From Macrostomum lignano (lineage: Eukaryota), in NCBI GenBank assembly GCA_002269645.1, contig NIVC01003032.1, positions 1-64,000 on the forward strand: a stretch of DNA of 64,000 nt, written 5' to 3'. Every line of letters begins with the position of its first letter. The stretch's first letter is position 1. The translations under genes and the position numbers were made by a program. Positions 29,601-50,761 of this stretch are shown piece by piece. The notes beneath the pieces are model-generated. The model did not search any database and was not told where the DNA came from. It saw nothing but the letters and a program-made list of their open reading frames with translations.

Positions 29601-30638
29601 ACAGAGTCACTCTAACTGACAGAATCGTCACAACTGACACTGAATCGTCATAACTGACACTGAATCGTCACAACTGACACTGAATCGTCATAACTGACAC
29701 TGAATCGCTCTAACTGACAGAATCTTCACAACTGACACTGAATCGCTCTAACTGACAGAATCTTCACAACTGACACTGAATCGCTCTAACTGACAGAATC
29801 TTCACAACTGACACTGAATCGCTCTAACTGACAGAATCTTCACAACTGACACTGAATCGCTCTAACTGACAGAATCTTCACAACTGACACTGAATCGCTC
29901 TAACTGACAGAATCTTCACAACTGACACTGAATCGCTCTAACTGACAGAATCTTCACAACTGACACTGAATCGCTCTAACTGACAGAATCTTCACAACTG
30001 ACACTGAATCGCTCTAACTGACAGAATCTTCACAACTGACACTGAATCGCTCTAACTGACAGAATCTTCACAACTGACACTGAATCGTCATAACTGACAC
30101 TGAATCGTCACAACTGATACAGAGTCACTCTAACTGACAGAATCGTCACAACTGACACTGAATCGTCATAACTGACACTGAATCGTCACAACTGATACAG
30201 AGTCACTCTAACTGACACTGAATCGTCACAACTGATACAGAGTCACTCTAACTGACAGAATCGTTACAACTGACACTGAATCTTCACAACTGTCACTGAA
30301 TCGTCACAACTGACACTGAATCGTCATAACTGACACTGAATCGTCATAACTGACACTGAATCGTCACAACTGACACTGAATCGTCATAACTGACACTGAA
30401 TCGCTCTAACTGACAGAATCTTCACAACTGACACTGAATCGCTCTAACTGACAGAATCTTCACAACTGACACTGAATCGCTCTAACTGACAGAATCTTCA
30501 CAACTGACACTGAATCGCTCTAACTGACAGAATCTTCACAACTGACACTGAATCGCTCTAACTGACAGAATCTTCACAACTGACACTGAATCGCTCTAAC
30601 TGACAGAATCTTCACAACTGATACAGAATCGCACTAAC
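11631..30638. repeat. ~19 kb satellite array of 20/18-bp monomers with higher-order repeats
   Basis: Monomers ACTGACACTGAATCGTCACA (and variants), ACTGATACAGAGTCACTCTA and an 18-mer ACTGACAGAATC(G/T)TCACA. No ORFs in the track across this span. Confidence 0.98.
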
Positions 30639-31708
30639 TACGGTAGAACCAGCAAAATGTATGTAGAATCGACACTAACTCTTTAAAATCGCTTAAAACT
30701 GCTGCAGAATGGCCCCTAGCAGCTGCAGAAGCACGCTTGAACGATAGACAGTGCAGCAGTTCAGGAAAGAATTGAAACCGACAGCAGCCGCAATGAATTG
30801 TGACATTAATATCGTGTGAAATATTAATTATGAATGAACAGGCAATCAGCCGGTTTGCAATTGTATTATGTGTATGTAAACAAAGCATTTACAAAACTAC
30901 CAATGCTAGTTGATATAAAAACGGCGAACAATGGTGAAACATTATTATTCTCATTATTATTTTAAATCGGTATGCAATTAGCAGTTGAAATTATTCTGAA
31001 CAAAGCAGGCGGTGACTGTGACAGTTGTTTGCCAAGCGGCAATCAACAATAAACTGACAGCAAAAAGTGCACTGCAATTAGACAGGAGCAGCTCGAACGG
31101 GAGGGGAGTTTAAAGACCAGCTAATGGGTATATAAAATAAGCAGAAGCCTGTTCAAGGGTCCTCACGGTCTCCTACAAATAGTTCTTGCACTGGCCACCC
31201 AATCACTGGCTCTGGCGCAGATTAAAATATTGAAACTGTTTATCTGCGTAGTCAGTAAATGGCTGCACAGCCAGTATGTACACAGGAACTGCCAGAGCCA
31301 GCAGAAACTAATCATTCAATTATATGCAACAGGTGAATATGCACGGACAGCATAAATATAGTATAAATATAGAAATAGCAGTTAGAACGGGACAACAAAG
31401 GAACACGGAAGGTCATTTACTTACAGAGAAGGTGCCCAAGGCCGATTTAGATTGAAGAGACAATCTCTAGGGAGATGGGGAAATGCAGGAGAGTGAACTA
31501 GCTGGATACAGGCTGGGTCAGAGCCGAAGAAATTTATAAAAAAAGGTCAATTTGAATAACACAACGGCGCAAGGAAGATGATTTTGTGAAGAAGAGTTGG
31601 ATGATCAGAGTTGCAAAATAAAGCAATTGAAACAGAAGAGACCAGCACGGAGCCGCTCCGCTTATTAAAAACAAAGGCAAATGTCTGCTTGGCCCATGGG
31701 CGGCGGCC

Positions 31709-40680
<8,972 letters not shown>

Positions 40681-40849
40681 CTGATTGTCGGTTTGGTGAG
40701 CATTTTGGTGTCTGAATTACTTCTTTAACTAATAACTTTGTGCAGTACACTGTGGACATAAGTTTTGTAAGATGTATTTAAAATAGCGTTATGTTTAAAT
40801 AAAAATGTAAAAAATTCGTTTTTTTTCTTTGATTTTTTGTGTGGTTACA

Positions 40850-41439
40850 CAAGGGGTCGGCAAACTCTGACTCGCGGGCCACACGCGGCTCGCAGAGCCT
40901 CTCTATCTGGCCCTCGGGCCTTTTGAAACTTCACAATAGCAATCCGTTCTTATCTCTTCTCAGCGCTCTTCCCTCTACATGTAATATCCACTCCACTCTT
41001 TTTCTCTCTCCTCTCTCCTCTTCTCAATCCTCTATTCTCTTCTCAATCATCTCCTCTTTAGTCTCTCCTCACCATTCTCTTCATCTCCTCTCCTCTCCTC
41101 TCCTCTCTTTTCCATTCTCCTATCCATTATCCTCATCTCCTCTCCTCTCCATTCTCCTATCAATTATCCTCATCTCCTCTCCTCTCCATTCTCCTATCCA
41201 TTATCCTCATCTCCTCTCCATTCTCCTCATCTCCTCTCCTCTCCATTCTCGTATCCATTATCCTCATCTCCTCTCCTCTCTCCACTCCTCTCTTCTCCTT
41301 TATTCTCTACCCTCTCCTTTCCTTTCCCCTGTATCCCTTCTCTCTCCTTTATTCTCTCTCCTCACTCCCCTCCTCCGGTCTGCAGTCATTATCTAGGTTA
41401 TCTATCTGGCCTTTGAGGTAAAAAGTTTGCCGACCTATG
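40850..41439. mobile_element. hAT-type MITE with CT-rich interior
   Basis: Terminal inverted GGTCGGCAAACT / AGTTTGCCGACC (resembling hAT/Charlie CAGGGGTCGGCAAACT ends). GGTTACA is duplicated on both flanks (40843-40849 and 41440-41446). Confidence 0.75.
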
Positions 41440-41769
41440 GGTTACAAAAATAGCACAATCCATGTTTGGCAAGAGTTACCCGTTTTTAAAAACAAAACAT
41501 GCACAAAAACTAAGAAACCTGGCTTAATATTGTTGATGATTGTTGCAAGTTTTAACTTCAACAGCTTGTAATTGTTTTTTTGGCAAATAAAGTAAGTTGT
41601 TAACAAAGGATAAAAACAGCAGTGGTTTTAATTAAAAAATGGTGCTTATATGAACAGATATGCAACTAATAGCTCAGCGACAGCTATTGCATGACACATC
41701 TGAAGGTTGCATATGGCTGTTCAGTCCAAGGACTGGGGGGTTGCCACACACACCCTGAATTACCCCAGC

Positions 41770-41880
41770 TAATGCTGGCACCCACTTTATAGCTAGGTGA
41801 ACCGAAGCAATATAGAGTTAAGTATCTTGCTCAATGACAAATTGTTCTAGGTGGGACAATAATTGAGCCCCTGACTTTCA
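41770..41880 (+). mobile_element. Degenerate SINE/L2-tail-like fragment
   Basis: GCTGGCACCCACTTTATAGCTAGGTGAA...GAGTTAAGTATCTTGCTCAATGACA resembles the widespread GTTAAGTGACTTGCCCAAGGTCAC SINE core. This is recalled similarity only. Confidence 0.35.
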
Positions 41881-43135
41881 AGTTATGGCATACATGTGCA
41901 ACACCTGGTCTAGCAGGGGCCAGTCAAGGTAAGCCACAAAAAATGCCCACCTAGAAATATAGATTTAGTATTAATTAGATGACTTTAGCCTTAAAGATAT
42001 AGTCAAATTTACTCTAACCATTTATCCAAAATTACATTAATTTTTGCTTAGGTTTCTTACATAGGTAAGTCTTAGTTTTGATCAGAAAGTAAGTCCCATG
42101 GCCAGAATAAAGCGGGGGGGGGGGCTGTGTATGTAAGTCATGAGCATAACTAACCATTGAGCATAATACATTATTGTCTTGGATATCAATGTTTTATTTT
42201 AGTCATGTGTATTAGTTTGTATTTTAATTTTTTGACTGATATTAGATAGGTACTTGGTTTTTTATTTTGTTTACTAAATGTGAAGGTAAATGAATGCACT
42301 TTGATTAAAATAAGTATCTTTATATATAAAAAACTTTTTTAGGAATATTTTAGGACTTTAAAGTTTGATACACCTTTATAAGTCAAGTTATAATATATTA
42401 ATATATGTTCTGTATTTATTGCTTTTTATTTTTAATAATACTAAAAAGTTTAAATTAATAACTAAAATTAATACTATTAGAAGTATTCAGTATACCTGAA
42501 GATAAAAACTACTACATATCTTTCTAACACATTTTTTGTTTAAATTCTTATTTAATTATTTGTTAATAGTTTATAATAATTTCAATTAATAAATATAGTT
42601 AATAAATCATCAAATTATAAACTGTAGTCATCTATAGTAATGAAATAAAATAAAATATACATTGCATTGACTAGAAATAGAATAGAAGGTGGTTAAAATT
42701 TCTTATTATTAGATTTCAAATATTATATTGTAGATGTGTATTGACTTCTATAATAGATTAATATATTTCTTTATATGCATAGCTTGTCCCAATTCTTTTA
42801 CAAAATTGATAATTGTATAACTCATTTTGATTGCATGCCAAATCTAGGAAAACACATTTGTTTTAATACATGTATTTTTCATAATATTTTATATGAACTA
42901 ATTTGTGTTTAAACTAGGAGTAAATTTTAGTATAAACAAGCTGTTGAAACCCGCAGATTTTGAACCCGGGGAACTCCATTCCCTGGAATTTTTTTTGCAT
43001 GTATTCTAAAATCTGAGGTCAAACTCAAACAAAAACTTGTTAATAGTTAGGATTAGAGTTAAACATAAAATAGTGTACATTCATGTAAAATTAGGATTTG
43101 AGGCAAACATTGCTATTGTTGGCTGGGGTGCTGCG

Positions 43136-44898
43136 CAGAATGTCAGGCAAACTCTGGCCTCTACCTCTGCCTCTCCCTATGTCCTTTGCATCCTTTGAAA
43201 CTTCCATCTTCTTTTCTGTTTCCTATCTTCTCTCTTGTCTCTTCTCTTCTCTCTCTCTCCTCTTATCTCTTCTTTCTTCTCTCCTCTCTAGTCTCTTCTC
43301 TCATCTCTTCCATCTCCCCTCTATTCTTTTCTCTCTCTTCTCCTCTTTTCTCTCTGGTCTCTGGTCTCTCATATCTCCTTTCTCCTCTTTTATCTCTTCT
43401 CGTTTCTCTCTGCTCTCTGCTCTCTCTTCCCTCACCTCTCTTCTCACTCCTTACTATACCCTCTCTTAACTTTTTCCTTATCTCTACTCTCTCCTTTTTC
43501 CTCTCTTCTCTCAACTCTCTCCTCTCATGTCTTCTATCTCTCACCTCCCTTCTCTCTCGTCTTTGCTATCTTATCTCTCATTTCTTTTCTTTTATCTTCT
43601 CTCTCCTCTCCCCCTCTCTCTTCTCATCTCTCGGCTATCTCCTGTCCTATCTCTCTTATCTCTCCCCTCTTTCCTCTCCTCTCTCGTCCTTTTCACCAAT
43701 TTCCCCTGTCCTCTCGATTCTCTCCCTTCCCCTCCTCTCTCCTCACTCACTTCTCATCTCTCCCTTGTCTGCACCTCTCATCTCTCCCTTGTCTGCACCT
43801 CTCATCTCTTATTTCTTATCTCTCCTCTTTTCTCTCTACTCTCCCATCTCTCGTCTGTTCTGATCTCTCATCTCCCCTCTCTGTTCTGTCATCTTTACTC
43901 TCATATGTTCTCTCACCTCTCTCCACTTGTACTCCTCTCTTTCCCCTTTTTTGACTCAGGAGGACTCGATCCTTTCTTCTTTCTTCTTGTCTCTTCACTT
44001 CTCTCTTCTATACTCTCTCCCTCTCTTGTCTTCTCTCTTCTTTCTCACTTTCCTCTCTCCTCTCTTATATCGTCTGTTCACTCTCATCTTCGCTATCTCA
44101 TTCCCCTCTCTCTTCTGTCATCTCTACTCTCCTCTCTACTGTGTACTCTTTTCTTTCCCCTCTTCTGACACCCCTCTTTCCTTACTCCTCTCTTCTCTTC
44201 CCTCTTCTATACTCTCTCCCCTCTATTCTCTTCTCTCGTCTCTCTGCACTCTGCTCTCTCTTCCTTCATCTCTCATCTCTACTCTCTCGATTATCTTTTT
44301 TTCATCTCTCTCATCTCCACGATCTCATCTCTTTCCTCTCTCCTCCTCTTCCCTTTACTCTATCATCTCTCCTTTCTCCTCTCTTCTTTCTCAACTCTCT
44401 CTCTCTTATCTCTTATATCTTATATCTTATCTCATCTTCTCACTCTTCCCTCTCTCATCTCTTATCTCCTCTTCTCACTCCTCTCTCTTCCCTCTATCCC
44501 CCTCTTATCTCCTCTCTTCTCTATCCTTTCTAATCTCTCCTCTCGATCCTCTCTCATCTGCCTCTCTGTTCTCTCATCTCTCATCTCTTCTCACTCTTCT
44601 CTCTCATTGATCCTCTGTCTCATCTCTCCCCTCTTCTCTCTCCATCTTCTCACCTCTAATTCCATCTCCCTTCTCCCTTCCCTCCTCTCGCTTCTTCCTC
44701 CCGACTCCCATATTCTCTGCTCTGCCGCTGCCCTCGACCCCCTCATCTCTTCTGATATCTTCTATCTATTCTCTTATCCCCTCTCGCCCCTCCTCCCTTT
44801 CTCATAGTCTATTCCTTTTCCTTTTCACTCTCATCTGCCCCGCAGCCATAAGCTTGATTCTTTATCTGGCCTTTGAGATAAAAATCTGCCGATCCCTG
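43136..44898. mobile_element. Second, degenerate copy of the same hAT-type MITE with ~1.65 kb CT-rich interior
   Basis: Right end TATCTGGCCTTTGAGATAAAAATCTGCCGATCCCTG matches the right end of the 40850-41439 copy. The left end CAGAATGTCAGGCAAACTCTG is degenerate and no TSD was seen. Confidence 0.55.
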
Positions 44899-45564
44899 CT
44901 TCGAAAGCCAGTTTGTGGGACGTAGTACTATCATGGTTGTTATAATTTCTCGTGCTCTTTCTGGCCAATTAGCAGTCCTGAGAGGAATTTTTGTATCTCC
45001 ATTCTCTAGCTCTACCACTACAGTCTGCAGCAGTCTAACAACCAAGGAAATACGCATTTCTTAGGAGGTTATTTAAATTTTCAAGTACCTTATTCGTATC
45101 TTAATGTTAAAATTTTCATGGTGTAAGCAATTTAGTAGGATTGCATTGTAATCAGTTCATTGTAATCATTAATTTTTCGCTATTTTTACAAACCATCCCT
45201 CATCGCCTTGATTTGCCATCCTTGTTTAACTCCTGCAGACTTGTCTTATACAGGAGTGAGGACAGTGGTTGAATCTCTTGCTAAACTCTCTCCTCTCCAT
45301 GCCTCTCCACTCGCGGGGGTACAGAGAAGGCTATTCCAAAACACTGTACATTTGCTATGTACATTTAGCCCTATCGCCTGACCCTTCATCTGGCTCTGGG
45401 GGAATGAGTGAGTGGCACAAACAACAGAAAAAGCAGACAAACTTCACATGCTTACAGTTTCTTTTTTCGGTTGAGTTACAGAGTTGAAACTTTACATTTA
45501 GATAGAGAATGTGTCAATGAAGAATTGTGTCAGGTTTAAAGTCAATCACTTTAATTGGAGCAAA

Positions 45565-46045
45565 CTTATGGCAGCCGAAAGTTAGTCAATTTTGAAACCC
45601 CTTTTACGCATCTGGGCCCAGATCGGGAAAGAGAGGCAGCCGGGTGGAGGTTGGGGTGGTTGCTACACTGAAAAAACAGCCTAACTTTAAAAGTGCACAG
45701 CACCGCTCAGGATTAACTTCGAGACTCAAAATTTTACATGATTGTGCCAAAGTAGTTTAAGATTATCTGTGTCAAATTTGAAGAGAATCGGTAGAAGTGG
45801 AGCGGCGCTATGGAGGATTTAGTGAAAAAATTGCGCATTTTGAGCAGTTTTTTGCACTTTTAGGTAGGAAGACTCAAGTTTAGGAAATTTAAAGGTAGCC
45901 TAAGACATTCTCCGTAGTGAGTTTAGGGTGGATGTAAAATTTGGTGTCATTTGGTTGAGCGGTTTGGGAGTCCATAGCGATCAAAATTGTCCACACACAG
46001 ACAGACACACACACACACAGAGTTTTGATTTTTATATGTAGAGAT
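45565..46045 (+). mobile_element. Non-autonomous Helitron/Helentron-like element with microsatellite seed
   Basis: 3' end AAATTTGGTGTCATTTGGTTGAGCGGTTTGGGAGTCCATAGCG...(CA/GACA)n...TTTTTATATGTAGAGAT resembles microsatellite-associated Lep1/HINE-type elements. The 5' end is uncertain. Confidence 0.55.
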
Positions 46046-48646
46046 AGAAGCATTTTTGTTGGAGAGTTATTTATTGATTGGTTTCTTTATATTTAACAAT
46101 TAAGACTAAAAATGGGTCAATAAAATTCAGAAATGTAAATAAATTAACAATAGATTGTACAGTCCGGCGGAGCGCTCACAAAGTTAAAATGAGAGGGAGA
46201 AAGAGATAAATGAGCACAAGTGTACACCTGGAATACTCTAAGGAGGGCACTGGCACAATGATTGACAAGTTGCTTATTTAGGATTGGTTTATGCAATTTT
46301 ATATATAGGGCTTCAAGCACTTTTAGTCTGTATTCATTTGAGCATATATGGATGGTGGAAAAGTTTCTATCTATTTGGCTGTTATAGAGCAGAGCAAGAT
46401 TCCTATATTAGCTTTAATGGATTAATGCTTATTAATGATTATCAGTTAACTTTCAGTTAATTTAACAAAATTAAGAGTTTATAAGTTAATATTTTTTGTT
46501 TTAATGCTAACACTTTTGCCATTAATGGAAGTTAAGATTTTCATTAATGGTATCTAACACAGTTCCTTGAATCTATATTGCTTAAAACCTACTTAAACTA
46601 AAGAAGTGAAAACCATATGATCTATCATCTCTTTTGCTATTGTATACTTGTATTTTTGTGATAGTTTTTGCTATAAGGAAATTTTTAGTGCTAAATCAAT
46701 AGTTTGGCATCCTATTTTTCACTTTCAAGTACCATAGGCACTAGGCTTATCAAAAAGTAACTTTTGTCACCAAGTCTAGCATTCTAAAAAATGAACTAGA
46801 AAAAGTGCCACTTAAAAAAGTAATCTATAGTACTAAAAATGCTGAAACTCAAACTTTGCTCAATACTAATTATACAATTATGCAATAATCTTGTAATAAA
46901 CAAAATTATATATACAAAAATGATATCTCATTATAAGTTTTATATGATTCAAAAATCTTATCTAAAAAATAAGCTTTATAATTATAATATAGGCCTATGT
47001 AATTTATTTAAATTTCTTTTTTTTCAAAGTTTTTATTTGCCAATAGATAAATTGACTATATAATAAGCAAGCCTATAGTATTATGCATGGTTATATTATA
47101 TTAATATATCAATTGGTTTCAAAATTAGTATAAATACAGAGTGAAAGGTAAAAAAAATAGACATGGCACAACTTATAGTATTTTGAGCTTATCTTCCACT
47201 TTGTTGCAAACTAGCCAAATATTCAAGTTAGGTTTATATATTCTAGTATATAAAGCTTTAGCAAATTTTAATTTATTATTATATTTATAATATTTAATTA
47301 ATAATTTCATTATTAATTTATTAACAGTTTTTAGACTAGTTTGTTCATAAATATACTAGTATATTAGGATAATTTGGATTGAATTAGCCCTAACAATATC
47401 TATGATAGACAAATTTTGATAAACTTGTTATAAGTTCATTATCTTATAACTATTCAATAAGATTCATATTTTTGAGCTATTGTTTTTTGCAGACAAAAGA
47501 GTGGCAGACAAACTGATAGGCAGACAAATGACTAGGTCTTTTATTGTATTAACTGCTTGTTTTAGTCTAGGCATAATTAAGAATAAAGTAAATATATAGG
47601 TATTTAAAATACATAGAATCTTTAGTTACTTACTGGTGGCCGATTTGGGTACATTCTTTTGGCTGACTTTATGTTTTTCTGTTTAGTTGAATCAATGGTG
47701 CTGGCTTTTATATTAGTTTTTTAGTTAAAATTAGCTAGTGACAACTGTGGTCAACAATATATAATTCAATTTTATCAAATTGAATTCCAAAATATTAGAT
47801 AGACCTAAAGAATAAGTGGAATCTTCAACACACAAGGTTTCTCCTATGTCAAGTAATTTAGGCCTAACTAAACAAAGTTTTAAATGGCATGGGTGTTTCA
47901 CAGTAAATGACAAATTTTCTATTAGGCCTATATTTCAGACATTTGGCCTAGAAATATTTGTTGTGAATTAGTAAATATAAGACAAATTTAATTTTTACCA
48001 ACCAATAACACGAATTATTCGCTTTGGTTATGTCAAAAGAAATAAATAACTAACTTATTAGAAAGCTTACCACACCATAAAAAATCGGACAAAGAGACGA
48101 ACAAATAGCAAATAACGCTTTCTTTAGTTTAAAATTACCAGATTTCGTATAGGCATGTATAAAAATTAGTCTGAAAATATTTTTTCAATTATTTGCATTT
48201 CAGTCACTTCTGCATTTCTGAAACTTTAAGATTTTGTTTTAATTGTTTGTTTAACTTTAATTTTATAGATTACGGTGTCGACAATTGCCTTAACCTGCTG
48301 TCAATGAGAAGGGGTCGTTCCAATACGCCAAATTTTTTTAACGTCTGAGTAAATTTTTAAAGTGTGACGTTGTCCATCCAAGTAGCCCCGTCAAGGGCCG
48401 TTTTAGCATGCGGTACCAATTTATAATATTGTTAATTTAATGGTCTAGTCCTCTCACGCGTACGTCTGCTTTAAGTAGTGCCCAAAGAATTTTAAACAAC
48501 TTGCGTACATTTGTAAAGCCTAAGTACAGTAGGCGATCGATAATTTCTGCTTTTTTCTCGCCGGTCAATAGAAAATCCGCGCATAAATTATATGTTAGCC
48601 TGAAATTAAGGTTTCCGCGCGCACCCACCCCCAGCCCGCGATCCTT

Positions 48647-48906
48647 GGGCCTTTTCATATTACCAATTCCAGAACCAGAATCGGTTCGGAATTCCAAGAA
48701 AAACAGCAGTATAACTATTAAACTCTGTTAATATTTGACTGCCTTAACAACATAACTTAGCACAATTTTTCACTTTCTTCTTGGCGATTGTCATTCAATA
48801 ATAAAAACTTTATAGCACGTATCTCCCTCTAGTTATGGAGACAAAAAGTTATACTTCACAAATTGGTTCTGGTTCTGGAACCAGAACAAGCAATATGAAA
48901 AGGCCC
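48647..48906. mobile_element. 260-bp MITE, PIF/Harbinger-like
   Basis: Perfect 15-bp TIR GGGCCTTTTCATATT / AATATGAAAAGGCCC, a further 14-bp inverted TTCCAGAACCAGAA, and a 3-bp CTT on both flanks. Confidence 0.65.
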
Positions 48907-49583
48907 CTTATCAGTCCTGTCTGGCTGGGGCGCTCGGGGTTATCCCGCCTTAGACCCCTTAGACCTTTGCCACCCCGGCACTCCTTGTTTGCTTGCCTTC
49001 TCTCTCCGCCTCGCTCCGCCACAGTTCTAAACCACGCCTCTGCCAAATCTCAGTCACGCCACCTCTACTGTCTGTACGGCTAGCTCTCGCTACGAGCACC
49101 GCCACCACGTACGTTCACCGCCATCACATCGTCACCATTGCCTCAGGCTCATCGACTCACTCTATCGTCTACCATCTATATTTTTGTTGCGTAGCCGCCC
49201 AGTGCATTTCTTACGGATTCAGCAAGTACTCTGATCTATCTCTGTTGACCACACCCAGACGGAATTGATAATAGCAAGCCTCCTCTCATACGGTTACAAT
49301 AAACAAAGACTGCTGCCGTTGCCCGCATCAGTCGGTACTAGCATCAAGTGCTACCGCTACAAAATTTGCCTCTGCCGTGTTTGTCTTCGTTGATTACTTT
49401 CGAGGCCACCGGATAATCGTCACAAAAGGATCGAAACGTCATACAAGGCTGAAATCTCATAACGCCGAAAATTCAAGATTCAGCATCTTTCACTAGACCG
49501 AAAATTTGTAACGCCATAGCCAAAAAAGACACGTTTTTATCTTCAATCTCATACAAACTCCATTCACTTTAGACAATCGGAAG

Positions 49584-49936
49584 TTGAACTCTAGCTCTGT
49601 ACATGTAAATCTACATTTACCGGTATTTTAGACAAACTCTTATCAATATAGACAGCAGGCACAAATAATTTGTATGAGGAAGAAAGCATATGTTGTTTGG
49701 AACAAAACTTCATTTCATTTTCGCTATAGATCGCTAGGATCGCTAGCACAGCTGGGATAAAATACTCCTTCGGCGGAAGGGTGGGCGCCCACCTAACCAA
49801 AACGAGACATTGGGCGAACGACCAAGCGCCAACAATATAATGGCTTTCTTCCTCATACAGTACAAATTTGTGCTTGCTGTCGATATTAAATAGGAGTTTG
49901 TCTAAAATGAATGTAGATAGAGAATAGAATGTTCAA
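49584..49936. mobile_element. Foldback element with ~75-bp imperfect inverted arms
   Basis: 49611-49687 (CTACATT...TTTTAGACAAACTC...GACAGCAGGCACAAAT...TGTATGAGGAAGAAAGC) is the imperfect reverse complement of 49843-49916, with a 155-bp spacer. Confidence 0.7.
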
Positions 49937-50761
49937 AAAGACCATAGAAGACCATCAACATACAGTCAGTACAGAGCTTAGAAGTGTCGAAGCTGCTGCA
50001 TGTATTGTCTAAAGTGAATTGGAGTTTGAATGAAGGTAAAATGGTGTACTTACAAGGGCCTCTCACAAGAACTTAGTGTCCGAAAGACATAAAGACCAAA
50101 AGTTAAAGACCAAAACTTTTAAGAACTTAGCCTTAACTCTAACCCAAACCAACTTTACTCCGGTCTTGCACGTAACTCATACCCATCAACATTCAGACAT
50201 GCAAGGACCACGTAGGTTACCGTGGTCCTTGCATTCATAAATTTCAGCTTCCACATTATAAAAGTACGTCGTTCATGCTGTCTCGAGGTAAATAAAGTAT
50301 TTTCTTTCATCTATGATTAAAATTTTTAGTTCTTTTAAATAAAAATTATTGGAAAGAGCATTCAGTTATTTTAATCATATTTTGTGCAAGTTTAATTCGT
50401 TTACGTACATCATGCACATGTATACATGCATATGCCATGGCTATTTTTTCCTGTTGATTTAAAGGGTCACATGGATACATACATTCACATTCATGTAAAT
50501 ACATACATACCTTGTATGTCCACGAACTAGATCGAGGTTTGCTTTTTAATTTTTGAAATACGCCATGTACGAGCGTAAGTAACAGTGGTACATTCTGTAT
50601 TTAAGTGCCCTACTGCCCCATACATGTACATGTACATACCTTTACATTGATTCGAATGCATATACGAGTTCACATGTACATGTACAATTAATTGTACCCG
50701 TACGAACGTACGTCTTCTGTAAATGTCATACATGTACAACCATGTAAATTATACAGTAGCA

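Noticed and set aside
11631-30638. CRISPR-like array or repetitive protein gene
   Set aside because: There are no unique spacers, only variant monomers. The context is eukaryotic with no cas genes, and TGA codons rotate through all frames on both strands.
11597-30713. 17-bp near-direct repeat AACTGCTGCA(A/G)AATGGC flanking the satellite as a possible TSD
   Set aside because: It is offset from the array edges and resembles degenerate satellite monomers (AACTG....AAT.G), so it is more simply explained as ancestral decayed units.
50400-50750. TACATGTA-rich cluster as Pumilio elements in the K2P 3' UTR
   Set aside because: On the mRNA-sense (minus) strand the motifs read mostly TGTACATG/TGTATG rather than a clear UGUANAUA cluster. 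It is more likely simple low-complexity sequence.
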